In this document: positions 9,821-19,730 of the stretch, piece by piece | Numbering within the stretch: the stretch's first letter is position 1 | Layout of the letters: the number at the start of each line of letters is the position of its first letter | DNA from: Clostridia bacterium | GTDB taxonomy: Bacteria > Bacillota > Clostridia > UMGS1810 | NCBI GenBank assembly: GCA_045637145.1 | Contig: JAZTYV010000027.1 | Coordinates: 13,586-77,585, forward strand | DNA length: 64,000 nucleotides | Direction: 5' to 3' | Program-made: the position numbers and the translations under genes | Notes under the pieces: model-generated | What the model saw: the letters and a program-made list of their open reading frames with translations, nothing else | What the model was told of the DNA's origin: nothing | Database searches by the model: none

Positions 9821-10912
9821 GTGGAAAATAAAGAAGAAAAGACTGTAGCCGACAAAAAAACGGTCATAATGGAGCTTGTTGAACTCGGCAAAAAGAAAGG
9901 CGTTCTTTCTTACAAGGAAATAGAGGATGCTTTGGCAGAACTTGAACTGGAATTAAAAGATATCGAAAAGGTCTATGAAAGCCTGGAAGCTATGGGCATA
10001 GAGCTCGTTAAGGATTTGGACAAGGAGCTCGAAGAAATTCAGGCAAACGAAGAAGAAATTGACCTTACAGTTCCGGAAGGCATAGGTCTTGATGACCCTG
10101 TGCGTATGTACTTAAAAGAGATTGGCAAGGTTCCGCTTCTTTCGGCCGATGATGAAATACAGCTTGCAGAACTTATGCATAATGGCGATGAACAAGCCAA
10201 GAAAAAGCTTGCCGAAGCCAATCTTAGACTTGTTGTCAGCATAGCTAAAAGATATGTAGGAAGAGGTATGCTTTTCTTAGACCTTATTCAAGAGGGTAAT
10301 CTTGGTCTTATAAAGGCTGTAGAAAAGTTCGACTATACCAAAGGTTACAAATTCAGCACCTATGCTACATGGTGGATAAGACAGGCAATTACCAGAGCCA
10401 TAGCTGATCAGGCAAGAACCATAAGAATACCTGTTCATATGGTGGAAACCATTAACAAGCTTATACGCGTATCCCGCCAGTTGTTGCAGAAACTGGGAAG
10501 AGAGCCAAGAGTTGATGAAATTGCCAAAGAAATGAATATGAGCAAAGACAGAGTCCGTGAAATTATGAAAATAGCTCAGGAGCCGGTTTCTCTGGAAACA
10601 CCCATAGGCGAGGAAGAAGACAGCATACTTGGCGACTTTATTCCCGACAGCGATGCACCTGCACCTTCGGAAATGGCAGCCTTTACCTTGCTTAAGGAAC
10701 AGCTCATAGATGTTTTGGATACACTCACCCCAAGAGAGGCAAAGGTGTTAAAACTCAGATTTGGACTCGATGACGGAAGAAGCCGTACTCTCGAAGAGGT
10801 AGGCAAAGAGTTCAATGTTACAAGAGAACGAATAAGACAGATAGAAGCAAAAGCATTAAGAAAGCTAAGACATCCCAGCCGCAGTAAAAAGTTAAAGGAT
10901 TTTCTTGAATAA
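9821..10912 (+). CDS. sigA: Primary RNA polymerase sigma factor (sigma-70/SigA)
   Basis: Regions 1.2-4.2 are recognisable: [73 protein letters not shown] and [30 protein letters not shown]. The GTG at 9821 lies 9 nt after GAGGAGG. The ORF-track GTG at 9797 is also possible. Confidence 0.95.
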   Translation: MENKEEKTVADKKTVIMELVELGKKKGVLSYKEIEDALAELELELKDIEKVYESLEAMGIELVKDLDKELEEIQANEEEIDLTVPEGIGLDDPVRMYLKEIGKVPLLSADDEIQLAELMHNGDEQAKKKLAEANLRLVVSIAKRYVGRGMLFLDLIQEGNLGLIKAVEKFDYTKGYKFSTYATWWIRQAITRAIADQARTIRIPVHMVETINKLIRVSRQLLQKLGREPRVDEIAKEMNMSKDRVREIMKIAQEPVSLETPIGEEEDSILGDFIPDSDAPAPSEMAAFTLLKEQLIDVLDTLTPREAKVLKLRFGLDDGRSRTLEEVGKEFNVTRERIRQIEAKALRKLRHPSRSKKLKDFLE

Positions 10913-11460
10913 TGAATTTTGATAAAGTCGAAAAGATTATTGTACTAATTATGGCAGTTGTAGCTATGTCAGCAATTGGCTTGTATATAAACCGCACTGC
11001 CGTTACAAATGATGTTGTAATAGAATATTCAAACCAAACACATAAATATATAAAGGTTACCGTTTCGGGCGAGGTGGAAACACCGGGAGAATACAGAGTA
11101 AAGCAAGGCTCAAGAGTATATGAGGTAATATACGGTGCGGGAGGAATTACACCGAGCGCAGATGTCAAAAGGGTAGACTTGGATGCAATTGCTACAGACG
11201 GCATGACAATCCATGTGCCCTCTGATACAGACGAAAACGCACCTGCTGTTATACCTGTGGTAAATATAAACACTGCCGATTTTGAAACCTTGTGTATCAT
11301 ACCCGGAGTGGGAGAAAGCATTGCCCAGAGAATAATTGACTATCGAAAGAAAAACGGTAACTTCTCCGATGTTTCGGAAATTATGAATATAAGAGGAATC
11401 GGCAAGAAAACCTTTGAAAAAATGAAGTATTATATTAAGACGGAGGAAACTCAAAAATGA
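10912..11460 (+). CDS. comEA: ComEA-family DNA-binding protein (membrane anchor, SLBB, helix-hairpin-helix)
   Basis: It has an N-terminal TM helix, an SLBB-like segment (VSGEVETPGEYRVKQGSRVYEVI) and a C-terminal HhH pair (NINTADFETLCIIPGVGESIAQRIIDYRKKNGNFSDVSEIMNIRGIGKKTFEKMK). Its start overlaps the sigA stop (TAATG). Confidence 0.8.
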   Translation: MNFDKVEKIIVLIMAVVAMSAIGLYINRTAVTNDVVIEYSNQTHKYIKVTVSGEVETPGEYRVKQGSRVYEVIYGAGGITPSADVKRVDLDAIATDGMTIHVPSDTDENAPAVIPVVNINTADFETLCIIPGVGESIAQRIIDYRKKNGNFSDVSEIMNIRGIGKKTFEKMKYYIKTEETQK

Positions 11461-12143
11461 AAATATTGATAGTAGATGATGAAAAGCTTCTTGTAAAAGG
11501 TATGAAATTCAATTTCGAACAAGATGGCTACACCGTAGAAACTGCATATGACGGTGAAGAAGCGTTAAAGCTTGCTCACGACAAAAATCTGGACATAATA
11601 ATATTAGATCTTATGCTTCCCAAAATTGACGGACTTTCCGTATGTCAGAAAATAAGAGAGTTTTCAAGCATACCCATAATTATGGTTACTGCAAAGACAG
11701 AAGATATGGACAAGATAATGGGTCTCGAATACGGAGCAGATGACTACATAACAAAGCCGTTTAATATTCTCGAATTAAAGGCAAGGGTAAAGGCAATCAT
11801 GCGCCGCATTACTCCCGTTGCCAAAGAAGGAGACCGTTCAAAGATAAGAATGGGTGCCGTTGAGCTCGATTACAATCAGCGTACCGTAACCATAGAAGGT
11901 TCTACAGTAGACCTCACCAGTAAAGAATTTGACCTTATGGATTTGCTTGTGTGCAATCCCGGAAAGGTATATTCAAGAGAGAATCTTCTCGATCTTATAT
12001 GGGGCTATGACTATCCCGGCGATGCAAGAACCGTTGATGTTCATGTAAGGCGTTTAAGAGAAAAGATTGAGCCCAACAGCGCAGAGCCTGTATATCTGCT
12101 TACAAAGTGGGGAGCTGGTTACTATTTCAAAGATATCACATAA
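11457..12143 (+). CDS. OmpR/PhoB-family response regulator
   Basis: It has a receiver domain (ILIVDDE, IIILDLMLPKIDG, MVTAK) plus a winged-helix output domain (LTSKEFDLMDLL, VDVHVRRLREKIE, WGAGYYF). Confidence 0.9.
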   Translation: MKILIVDDEKLLVKGMKFNFEQDGYTVETAYDGEEALKLAHDKNLDIIILDLMLPKIDGLSVCQKIREFSSIPIIMVTAKTEDMDKIMGLEYGADDYITKPFNILELKARVKAIMRRITPVAKEGDRSKIRMGAVELDYNQRTVTIEGSTVDLTSKEFDLMDLLVCNPGKVYSRENLLDLIWGYDYPGDARTVDVHVRRLREKIEPNSAEPVYLLTKWGAGYYFKDIT

Positions 12144-13218
12144 TATAAAAAACAATATTTCCAAAAGAATTACAGTTAAAATAGCAATTTCATATTTTGG
12201 ATATTCATTGTTAATTTCATTGTTAGCTATGACAGTTATGGCTATAGTGTCTGTGTCAAATACGGGCGGTACATATTCGCCAAAAGCACTTGTTATCCTT
12301 GGTATATATTGCTTTTTGATGTCTCTTGTTTTAGCACTTTTAGGCACTGTAGTAGTAGCATTTTCCGTAAGGAAGCAAAGAAGAAGAATTTCAGATTATA
12401 CGCTTGCAATACAGTCAATGGCGGACGATAAAATAGGCGAAAAAATCGAAATAGCAGGCGATGACGAAATTTCAAAGCTGGGCAAAGCGTTCAATGATGT
12501 AAGCGAAAAATATGCTATAATCGAAAAACAGCGAACAGAATTTGTGTCCAATGCATCTCACGAACTCAAAACTCCCCTTAGTTCTATAAAGCTTATGGCT
12601 GACTCCATAATTCAGACTCCCGATATAGAAATGGATTATGTTAGAGAATTTCTTACCGATATGAACGAAGAGGTAGAGAGACTTAACCGTATAGTAAATA
12701 AGCTTCTGTATATTACCAAGCTTGACACCCTCACGGAAAATATGTCCGGCTCGCTCGAACTTATTAACCTTAAAGATGTGGTAATAGGAATAAACAAAAA
12801 CCTTATACCCATAGCAGAAATGGAAAATAAAGAGCTTATCCTCTCTGCAGATGAAGATATCCTTATAATGGCAAATAAGGATATTTTATGGCAAGCTGTG
12901 TATAATATAGTAGACAACGCATTAAAGTATACCAAAGAGCAGGGAAGGGTGGAAATAAAAGTTTTCAAAGATAAAAACCGTGCTGTGATTATTGTAAAAG
13001 ATGATGGTGTCGGTATTGCTGCAGAGGATTTACACAGAATATTCGACAGATTTTACCGTGTAGATAAGGCAAGAAGCCGCGAAACAGGCGGTACGGGACT
13101 GGGACTTTCAATTGCGCACTCCGCCATAGAATTTCACAACGGTTCAATAGAGGTTTTAAGTCAGGTTGGCGAGGGAAGTGAATTCAAAATTATTCTTCCT
13201 CTTGTTGATTGGCTGTAA
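12067..13218 (+). CDS. Sensor histidine kinase (partner of the preceding regulator)
   Basis: It has two TM segments, an H-box (FVSNASHELKTPLSS), an N-box (DNALKYT) and G-boxes (DDGVGI, GGTGLGLSIA). The only in-frame ATG (12067) overlaps the regulator gene by 77 nt. No ATG/GTG/TTG lies between the regulator stop and the first TM segment, so the true start is uncertain. Confidence 0.85.
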   Translation: MSPTAQSLYICLQSGELVTISKISHNIKNNISKRITVKIAISYFGYSLLISLLAMTVMAIVSVSNTGGTYSPKALVILGIYCFLMSLVLALLGTVVVAFSVRKQRRRISDYTLAIQSMADDKIGEKIEIAGDDEISKLGKAFNDVSEKYAIIEKQRTEFVSNASHELKTPLSSIKLMADSIIQTPDIEMDYVREFLTDMNEEVERLNRIVNKLLYITKLDTLTENMSGSLELINLKDVVIGINKNLIPIAEMENKELILSADEDILIMANKDILWQAVYNIVDNALKYTKEQGRVEIKVFKDKNRAVIIVKDDGVGIAAEDLHRIFDRFYRVDKARSRETGGTGLGLSIAHSAIEFHNGSIEVLSQVGEGSEFKIILPLVDWL

Positions 13219-13254
13219 TAGTAAAACCGGTTCTCAGTAAAGGAATGGTGTAAT

Positions 13255-13797
13255 ATGAAAAGAATAATTTTATTATCATTGGCATTGTCTGTATGTTTTT
13301 GTACTTCGTGCATAAAGAATCAGCAGGCATCACAGCAAATTACAAATTCCAAAACAGTAAATGTAGCTGAGGTTACTCCTCAGGAAAATAAGGAAACGGA
13401 TATAGTCCTGTATTATTCCGACAATCAGGGCATAGCTCTTCACGAAGAGAAAAGAACAGTTTCTTCAAAAGATGCATCCGACCCCGAGTTTGTCCTAAAA
13501 GAGCTTATAAAGGGTACACAAAATCCCGACTGCTCCAATGTAATTCCCCAAAACACCAAAGTAAATTCGTGCGTGGTGAAAGACGGCGTTTGCACTGTTG
13601 ATTTGGGAGTCGATTTTATAGAAATCAAGGGTACTGCATCGCAGGAAATGGCAATGTATTCTGTGGTAAATACCCTTTGTCAGATTGAAGGCATAGACAA
13701 AGTAAAATTTCTAATAGACGGCAAAGTAGTTTCGCTTTTTGGTTACTACGATTTTGCCGCACCGTTTGAAGAGGATATGTCTTTTATACAACAATAG
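13255..13797 (+). CDS. GerMN-domain (GerM-like) lipoprotein
   Basis: It has a signal peptide with Cys-containing end (LALSVCFCTSC). The GerMN-like pattern follows: IVLYYSDNQG, VLKELIKGT, DGVCTVDL, MAMYSVVNTLCQIEGIDKVKFLIDGK. Confidence 0.65.
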   Translation: MKRIILLSLALSVCFCTSCIKNQQASQQITNSKTVNVAEVTPQENKETDIVLYYSDNQGIALHEEKRTVSSKDASDPEFVLKELIKGTQNPDCSNVIPQNTKVNSCVVKDGVCTVDLGVDFIEIKGTASQEMAMYSVVNTLCQIEGIDKVKFLIDGKVVSLFGYYDFAAPFEEDMSFIQQ

Positions 13798-13810
13798 TAC
13801 GAGGTGATTT

Positions 13811-14584
13811 ATGCAAAAGCGAAACCTTCCCGTAGGAGTATTTGATTCCGGCGTTGGCGGTGTCAGCGTTTTAAGAGAACTTGTGCGTCTTTTGCCGCAT
13901 GATGATTTTTTATATATGTCAGATACAAAAAATGCTCCATACGGCACAAAAAGCCACGAGGAAATATCAAAGCACACCATTGATTGTGTGGAATATATGA
14001 TTTCAAGAGGCATCAAGGCATTGGTAGTTGCCTGCAATACTGCAACAAGTGTATGTATAGAGGAATTAAGAGAACGCTATCCCGATATGCCCATTGTTGG
14101 TATAGAGCCGGCGTTAAAGCCTGCTGTTATGTGCAAGGAGCATCCCACAGTTGTGGTTATGGCAACTCCCCTTACTCTTAAAGAGAAAAAATTTGCTGCA
14201 CTTTGCGAAACTTACAAAGAAAAGGCCAATATAATCCCGCTTCCGTGTCCGGGACTCATGGAACTTATAGAAAAGAAGCATCTGTCGGACAAAGTTGTAG
14301 AGAAGTTTTTAAAGAAATGTTTTGCTTCTGTACCATACGAGCATTTTGACAGTGTTGTTCTGGGTTGCACACACTATCCGTTTGTCAAAGATACCATATT
14401 AAAGCTTCATCCGGAAGCTCAGATTTTTGACGGCGGAGAGGGCACTGCAAAACAGCTCCAACGGCTTTTGGAGGAGCAATCTCTTGTTGACAGACACGGA
14501 AAATGGGGCACCATATGCTTTACAAACACATCAGGAAAAGGAAAGAAGAGCAGATTTGCATGCGAACTTCTTGATATGGAATAA
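13811..14584 (+). CDS. murI: Glutamate racemase
   Basis: Signatures include VGVFDSGVGGVSVL and the two catalytic-Cys motifs LVVACNTATS and VVLGCTHYPF. Confidence 0.9.
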   Translation: MQKRNLPVGVFDSGVGGVSVLRELVRLLPHDDFLYMSDTKNAPYGTKSHEEISKHTIDCVEYMISRGIKALVVACNTATSVCIEELRERYPDMPIVGIEPALKPAVMCKEHPTVVVMATPLTLKEKKFAALCETYKEKANIIPLPCPGLMELIEKKHLSDKVVEKFLKKCFASVPYEHFDSVVLGCTHYPFVKDTILKLHPEAQIFDGGEGTAKQLQRLLEEQSLVDRHGKWGTICFTNTSGKGKKSRFACELLDME

Positions 14585-14681
14585 AAAAGTGGATTTTTAC
14601 TATTGTAAAAAGTCAAATTTTGTTGTAAAATATAATTTATGGAATTATTATATAAAATTCAGTTAAAACAGGAGGAAGACA

Positions 14682-15680
14682 ATGAGTTTTATCGACAGAA
14701 TCAAAGAAAGAGCAAGAGCAGACAAAAAGACAATTGTACTGCCCGAATCCATGGACAGAAGAACCCTGGAGGCAGCAGCAAAAATTCTTAAAGAGGATAT
14801 TGCAAACATAATCATTATCGGAACAGATGAAGAGATTGCCGCAAACAGTGACGGACTTGACATTTCCAAGGCTACAGTCATCAATCCCTTTACATACGAA
14901 AAGACAGAGGAATATTTAAATCTTTTCGTAGAACTCAGAAAGTCCAAGGGTCTTACATATGAGGAAGCCAAGAAAACAGCTCTTGGCGACTATATGTACT
15001 ATGCTTGCCTTATGGTTAAGGCAGGAGATGCAGACGGTGTTGTATCGGGTGCCTGCCACTCCACAGCAAATACCTTAAGACCTTCGCTTCAGATTATAAA
15101 AACCAAACCCGGTGTTAAACTCGTATCGGCATTCTTCCTTATGGTTGTTCCCGATTGCGAATACGGCGAAAAGGGTACATTCATATTTGCAGACAGCGGT
15201 CTTGAGCAAAATCCCGATCCCGAAAAGCTTGCTTCAATTGCAGCTTGCTCTGCAGAATCTTTTGAGCTTCTTGTTGAAAAGGAAGCTATTGTTGCAATGC
15301 TTTCCCACTCCACAATGGGCAGTGCAAAGCATGCAGATGTAGACAAGGTAGTAGAAGCTACACGAATCTGCAAGGAAGCCAACCCCGGTCTCAAGGTAGA
15401 CGGTGAGCTTCAGCTCGATGCCGCTATTGTTCCCTCTGTAGGAAGCTCCAAAGCTCCCGATTCACCCGTTGCAGGCAAGGCAAATGTTCTTGTATTCCCC
15501 GACCTCGATGCAGGTAATATAGGTTACAAGCTTGTTCAGAGACTTGCAAAGGCAGAGGCATACGGACCTGTAACACAGGGTATTGCAATGCCTATCAACG
15601 ACCTTTCCAGAGGTTGCTCTGCAGACGATATCGTAGGTGTTGTTGCCATAACCGCAGTTCAGGCTCAGGCAAACAAATAA
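14682..15680 (+). CDS. pta: Phosphate acetyltransferase
   Basis: This is a 332-aa short-form Pta (IVLPES, GVVSGACHSTANTLRP, ADSGLEQNPDPEKLA, VFPDLDAGNIGYKLVQRL). It lies directly upstream of ackA. Confidence 0.95.
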   Translation: MSFIDRIKERARADKKTIVLPESMDRRTLEAAAKILKEDIANIIIIGTDEEIAANSDGLDISKATVINPFTYEKTEEYLNLFVELRKSKGLTYEEAKKTALGDYMYYACLMVKAGDADGVVSGACHSTANTLRPSLQIIKTKPGVKLVSAFFLMVVPDCEYGEKGTFIFADSGLEQNPDPEKLASIAACSAESFELLVEKEAIVAMLSHSTMGSAKHADVDKVVEATRICKEANPGLKVDGELQLDAAIVPSVGSSKAPDSPVAGKANVLVFPDLDAGNIGYKLVQRLAKAEAYGPVTQGIAMPINDLSRGCSADDIVGVVAITAVQAQANK

Positions 15681-15712
15681 GTTTATAAATAATTTGAAAG
15701 GATTGATTATAA

Positions 15713-16903
15713 ATGAAAATTTTGGTTATCAACGCAGGTAGTTCTTCACTTAAATATCAGTTTATCGACATTGAAACTCAGGCAGTTCTTGCCAAAGGTC
15801 TTTGCGAAAGAATAGGTATCGAAGGCTCCATGCTTACTCAAAAAGTAGAGGGCAAGGAAAATCTTGTAAGAGAAGAACATATGAACGACCATTCCGATGC
15901 TATAAAAATGGTTATCGAAGCATTAACAGGCAAAGAGCACAATGTTATCTCCGATATGAGCCAGATTGATGCAGTAGGACACAGAGTTGTTCACGGCGGT
16001 GAAATATTCTCCGGTTCGGTTATTATTGACGAAAAGGTTATGGATGCTTTAAGAGAATGTATACCTCTTGCACCTCTTCATAACCCTGCAAATATCATAG
16101 GTATCGAAGCATGCCGCAAGGCAATGCCCGGCACACCTCAGGTTGGTGTTTTTGATACCGCATTCCATCAGAAAATGCCCCCCAAGGCATTTATGTATGC
16201 TCTTCCGTATGAATGTTATACAGAGCACAAAGTAAGAAGATACGGCTCCCACGGCACAAGCCATAAGTATGTACCACAGCAGGCTGCAAAAATGCTTCGC
16301 AAACCCGTTGAAGAACTCAAAATCATCACTGCACACCTTGGAAACGGTTCTTCTGTTTCCGCGGTTATGAACGGTCATTCTGTAGATACCTCCATGGGCT
16401 TTACACCTCTTGCAGGTGTGGCTATGGGTACCCGTTGCGGCGATATCGACCCCGCTATAGTAACCTATCTTATGGATAAGATGAATCTTGATGCAAAGGG
16501 CATAGACAATCTTATGAACAAAGAATCGGGCGTTTTTGGTATTTCCGGCATAAGCAGTGACTTCAGAGACCTCGAAGCAGCCATGGAAACCAACGAAAGA
16601 GCAAGGCTTGCACTGGATATGTTCGCATATCATGTTAAAAAGCTTGTAGGTGCATACGCAGCAGCTATGGGCGGTGTAGATGCACTTGTATTTACAGCAG
16701 GTGTGGGCGAAAACACAAGACTTACAAGAGCCGCTGTAACAGAGGGTCTTGAGTATATGGGAATAGAAATAGATGCCGAAGCCAACAATTGCAGAGGCGT
16801 TCAAAAGGATATCTCTGCACCCGGTGCAAAGGTTAAGACTTTGGTTATCCCCACAAATGAAGAACTTATGATTGCTCTCGACACAGCAGCATTAGTAAAA
16901 TAA
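15713..16903 (+). CDS. ackA: Acetate kinase
   Basis: Acetate-kinase strings are present: [44 protein letters not shown] and TAGVGEN. Confidence 0.95.
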   Translation: MKILVINAGSSSLKYQFIDIETQAVLAKGLCERIGIEGSMLTQKVEGKENLVREEHMNDHSDAIKMVIEALTGKEHNVISDMSQIDAVGHRVVHGGEIFSGSVIIDEKVMDALRECIPLAPLHNPANIIGIEACRKAMPGTPQVGVFDTAFHQKMPPKAFMYALPYECYTEHKVRRYGSHGTSHKYVPQQAAKMLRKPVEELKIITAHLGNGSSVSAVMNGHSVDTSMGFTPLAGVAMGTRCGDIDPAIVTYLMDKMNLDAKGIDNLMNKESGVFGISGISSDFRDLEAAMETNERARLALDMFAYHVKKLVGAYAAAMGGVDALVFTAGVGENTRLTRAAVTEGLEYMGIEIDAEANNCRGVQKDISAPGAKVKTLVIPTNEELMIALDTAALVK

Positions 16904-16925
16904 TTACAATATTATCAAAAAAAAC

Positions 16926-16954
16926 TTGACAAATTACCAATAAATATATATAAT
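16926..16954 (+). promoter_or_regulatory. Consensus sigma-A promoter for yceD-rpmF
   Basis: TTGACA (16926-16931), a 17-nt spacer, then TATAAT (16949-16954). Both hexamers are perfect. Confidence 0.6.
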
Positions 16955-16978
16955 AGTTTTGTTATGTCGAGGTGTATT

Positions 16979-17482
16979 ATGATTTTAGATGTATCGCAGC
17001 TAATACAAAACGCCGGCGCAGTTAAAGAGCTTGATTTCAGCATTAAGTTGGATGACACTTCATTTAACGGTCAGGATATTGTTTTTGAAACACCTTTTTA
17101 TCTTAAAGGAGCGGTAAAAAACATTGCAGGAGTTCTGTATTTAGATCTTGATGCAGATGTATCCTTTAAGACAGAGTGCGCCAGATGCTTAGATAGCGTC
17201 AGTGTACATCATCCCTTTAAAATAAGCGAGGTTTTTTCAAAAACCGAGCTTCACAATTTGGAGGAAGATGATGTAACTGTTCTTGAATCGGGCAATATCG
17301 ATTTGTTTGAGGTTGTAGACAAGGCGTTTGTGGGTTCACTTCCCATAAATTTTCTTTGCAGCGAAGATTGCAAAGGACTTTGCCCAAAGTGCGGCATCGA
17401 CCTCAATCATGAGAGCTGTTCGTGCGCTGATGACAATACAGATCCGAGACTGGCTGCATTAAAACAATTTTTAAAAGATTAG
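16979..17482 (+). CDS. yceD: YceD-family (DUF177) protein
   Basis: It has an acidic N-terminal part and a C-terminal Cys cluster (CSEDCKGLCPKCGIDLNHESCSC), in the conserved position upstream of rpmF. The ATG at 16979 follows GAGGTG. The ORF-track ATG at 16964 is the alternative. Confidence 0.85.
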   Translation: MILDVSQLIQNAGAVKELDFSIKLDDTSFNGQDIVFETPFYLKGAVKNIAGVLYLDLDADVSFKTECARCLDSVSVHHPFKISEVFSKTELHNLEEDDVTVLESGNIDLFEVVDKAFVGSLPINFLCSEDCKGLCPKCGIDLNHESCSCADDNTDPRLAALKQFLKD

Positions 17483-17509
17483 TTCTTACAAATATCAGGA
17501 GGTGGAATC

Positions 17510-17689
17510 ATGGCAGTACCCAAGAGAAAAACTTCAAAAGCAAGAAGAGATAAAAGAAGAGCAAACTGGAAGCTCGTTTTACCGGGTATGGTAAAATGCC
17601 CCAAGTGTCAGGAATACAAGTTACCGCACAGAGTATGTAAAGCATGCGGATACTACGATGGCAAAGAAGTTGTAAAGACTGAAGAATAA
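17510..17689 (+). CDS. rpmF: 50S ribosomal protein L32
   Basis: This gene is not in the ORF track because it is 59 aa. The translation is [59 protein letters not shown]. The ATG lies 6 nt after AGGAGGTGG. It has the canonical L32 N-terminus and CxxC...CxxC zinc ribbon. Confidence 0.92.
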   Translation: MAVPKRKTSKARRDKRRANWKLVLPGMVKCPKCQEYKLPHRVCKACGYYDGKEVVKTEE

Positions 17690-17700
17690 TGCTTTTTAGA

Positions 17701-17732
17701 AAAACCTGTCCTTATGAAGGGCAGGTTTTTTT
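17701..17732 (+). terminator. Rho-independent terminator after rpmF
   Basis: CCTGTCC (17705-17711) pairs with GGGCAGG (17719-17725), with one G-U pair. A T7 run follows. Confidence 0.7.
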
Positions 17733-17750
17733 AGAAAATGGAGGCATAAT

Positions 17751-18401
17751 ATGAATAAATATGAGTATCTCTTGTTTGATTTTGACGGTACAATTGCAGA
17801 CAATTCCGAGGGCGTGTGCAAATCCTTTGCATATGCACTTTCTAAATACGGAATTACTGTAGAAAATTTAGACGATTTAATTCCTGTTATGGGACCGCCC
17901 TTAAAGGATTCGTTTATGGAACTCTATGGTTTTGACGAAGAAAAGGCCGAGGAGGCTGTCCAAAAGTATAGGGAAAGATATGCGGTAAAAGGTCTTATGG
18001 AATATCATATATACGATGGCATAGACGAGCTTTTTACAAAGCTGCGCCAAAGCGGATACAAGCTGGTTCTTGCCACCTGCAAACCCGAGAATTTTGCACG
18101 CAAAATCCTTGATGATGCATCTCTTACACACCACTTTCATTTCATAGCAGGTGCCGATATGCAAGGCAATATTTCACACAAGGAAGATGTGCTTAATTAT
18201 ATAGTAAACTCCCTGAACATATCCGATGTTTCCAAATGCCTTATGATAGGAGACAGAAAGTTCGATTTAATCGGTGCAAAAGAATTTGGCATGGATGCCC
18301 TGGGGGTACTGTATGGTTTTGGAGATTTAAATGAGCTTTCCAGCTATCCCAGTATAGGAATTGCAAAAACCGTGGGCGATATATCCAATATGTTGAATTG
18401 A
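17751..18401 (+). CDS. HAD-superfamily hydrolase (phosphoglycolate-phosphatase-like subfamily)
   Basis: HAD motif I is LLFDFDGTIADN, motif II is LATCK, and motifs III/IV are K...MIGDRKFDLIGA. Confidence 0.8.
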   Translation: MNKYEYLLFDFDGTIADNSEGVCKSFAYALSKYGITVENLDDLIPVMGPPLKDSFMELYGFDEEKAEEAVQKYRERYAVKGLMEYHIYDGIDELFTKLRQSGYKLVLATCKPENFARKILDDASLTHHFHFIAGADMQGNISHKEDVLNYIVNSLNISDVSKCLMIGDRKFDLIGAKEFGMDALGVLYGFGDLNELSSYPSIGIAKTVGDISNMLN

Positions 18402-18409
18402 GGTAAAAT

Positions 18410-19714
18410 ATGAGCAAAGCAGTTGTCAAATCTGTTGACCCCTGTTCCATAGCCGAAGATTGCGGTATAGAAAAGGGAGATATAATTACAAAAGTTAATA
18501 ACAGGGAATTTGCCGATGTGCTTGACTTTCGATATCTTACCTCAGACGAATACTATGTTGTTGAGGTCAAAAAGACAGACGGCACCGTAGAGGAAATAGA
18601 AGTGTACAACGACCTCTATGAGCAGTTCGGGTGCGAGTTTGAAAATTCGCTTATGGACGACCCCAAGACATGCCGAAACAAGTGTATTTTTTGCTTTATG
18701 GACCAGCTTCCGCCCAATATGAGAGACACCATGTATTTTAAGGATGATGATGTCCGTCTTTCTTTTCTTGAGGGCAACTATGTTACCCTTACTAATTTAA
18801 AGGATGAAGACATAGACAGGCTTTTAAGTCTTAAGGTAAGTCCCATAAATGTATCGGTTCACGCTACCGACCCCGACATCAGATGCCGTATGCTCGGCAA
18901 TCGTTTTGCCGGAAGAGTAATGGATATAATGACACGCTTTAAAGATGCGGGCATCTTTATGAATGCGCAGATTGTTCTTTGTAAGGGCATAAACGATGGC
19001 AAATGGCTCAAACAATCGCTTCTTGACCTTTCAAATCTTTTTCCCTATATCAAAAGCATATCCGTTGTTCCTGTAGGTCTCACAGGCCATAGAAAAGGTC
19101 TGTTTGAGCTCGAGCCTTTTGAAAAAGAAGATTGCGCCAAAGTGATAGATGAGGTTGAAAGCTGTCAAAAGGATTTTGTACACAAATACGGAACCCGTCT
19201 TGTATACCTTGCAGACGAATTTTATATAAAAGCACAAAGAGAGCTTCCCGGTGTAGAAAGCTATGAGGATTTTGCACAGATAGAAAACGGCGTTGGACTT
19301 ATGTCTGTACTCAGAAGCGAAATTGAGGAGCTTCTCAAAGAGCATACAGACTTTGGCGTGCCAAAACACAAATCTGTTGCCACATCGGAAATAGCATACG
19401 AATATATATGCTCATTTGTAGCAAAAATCAAAGAAAAATGCCCCAAATTAGACATAAATATATATAAGATAAAAAATAACTTCTTCGGAGGCAAAATCAC
19501 GGTAACGGGCCTTTTGTGCGGCTGTGACATCATAGAACAGCTTAAGGGTAAAAATCTCGGTGAATATCTTGTTCTTTCCGAGAGTATGTTCAAATCCGAC
19601 TGCGACATTCTCTTAGATGATGTTACCAAAGAAGATATAGAAAAAGAGCTTGGAGTTAAGGTTATAATATGCCCCAACAACGGGGTTGGATTTGTAAAAT
19701 CAATCACAGGGTAG
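18410..19714 (+). CDS. PDZ / radical-SAM-like / DUF512 protein
   Basis: It has an N-terminal PDZ-like segment (GIEKGDIITKVNN) and a CxxxCxxC motif (CRNKCIFCF). The C-terminal region is typical of DUF512 proteins found upstream of der in Clostridia. Confidence 0.75.
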   Translation: MSKAVVKSVDPCSIAEDCGIEKGDIITKVNNREFADVLDFRYLTSDEYYVVEVKKTDGTVEEIEVYNDLYEQFGCEFENSLMDDPKTCRNKCIFCFMDQLPPNMRDTMYFKDDDVRLSFLEGNYVTLTNLKDEDIDRLLSLKVSPINVSVHATDPDIRCRMLGNRFAGRVMDIMTRFKDAGIFMNAQIVLCKGINDGKWLKQSLLDLSNLFPYIKSISVVPVGLTGHRKGLFELEPFEKEDCAKVIDEVESCQKDFVHKYGTRLVYLADEFYIKAQRELPGVESYEDFAQIENGVGLMSVLRSEIEELLKEHTDFGVPKHKSVATSEIAYEYICSFVAKIKEKCPKLDINIYKIKNNFFGGKITVTGLLCGCDIIEQLKGKNLGEYLVLSESMFKSDCDILLDDVTKEDIEKELGVKVIICPNNGVGFVKSITG

Positions 19715-19730
19715 AAAGGATATGATTTCT

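Noticed and set aside
14600-14640. A sigma-A promoter upstream of pta (TATAAT at 14631-14636).
   Set aside because: A good -10 hexamer is present, but no acceptable -35 hexamer lies at 16-18 nt spacing and there is no TG extension. It is too weak to report as a feature.
16049-16804. A 251-aa antisense ORF inside ackA, and similar long antisense ORFs (10818-11321, 19261-19707, 47142-47609, 48153-48647, 57502-58026).
   Set aside because: All lie opposite confidently identified genes. They have Cys/His/Phe-rich or otherwise odd compositions and no SD or family motifs. They are typical shadow ORFs of the coding strand.
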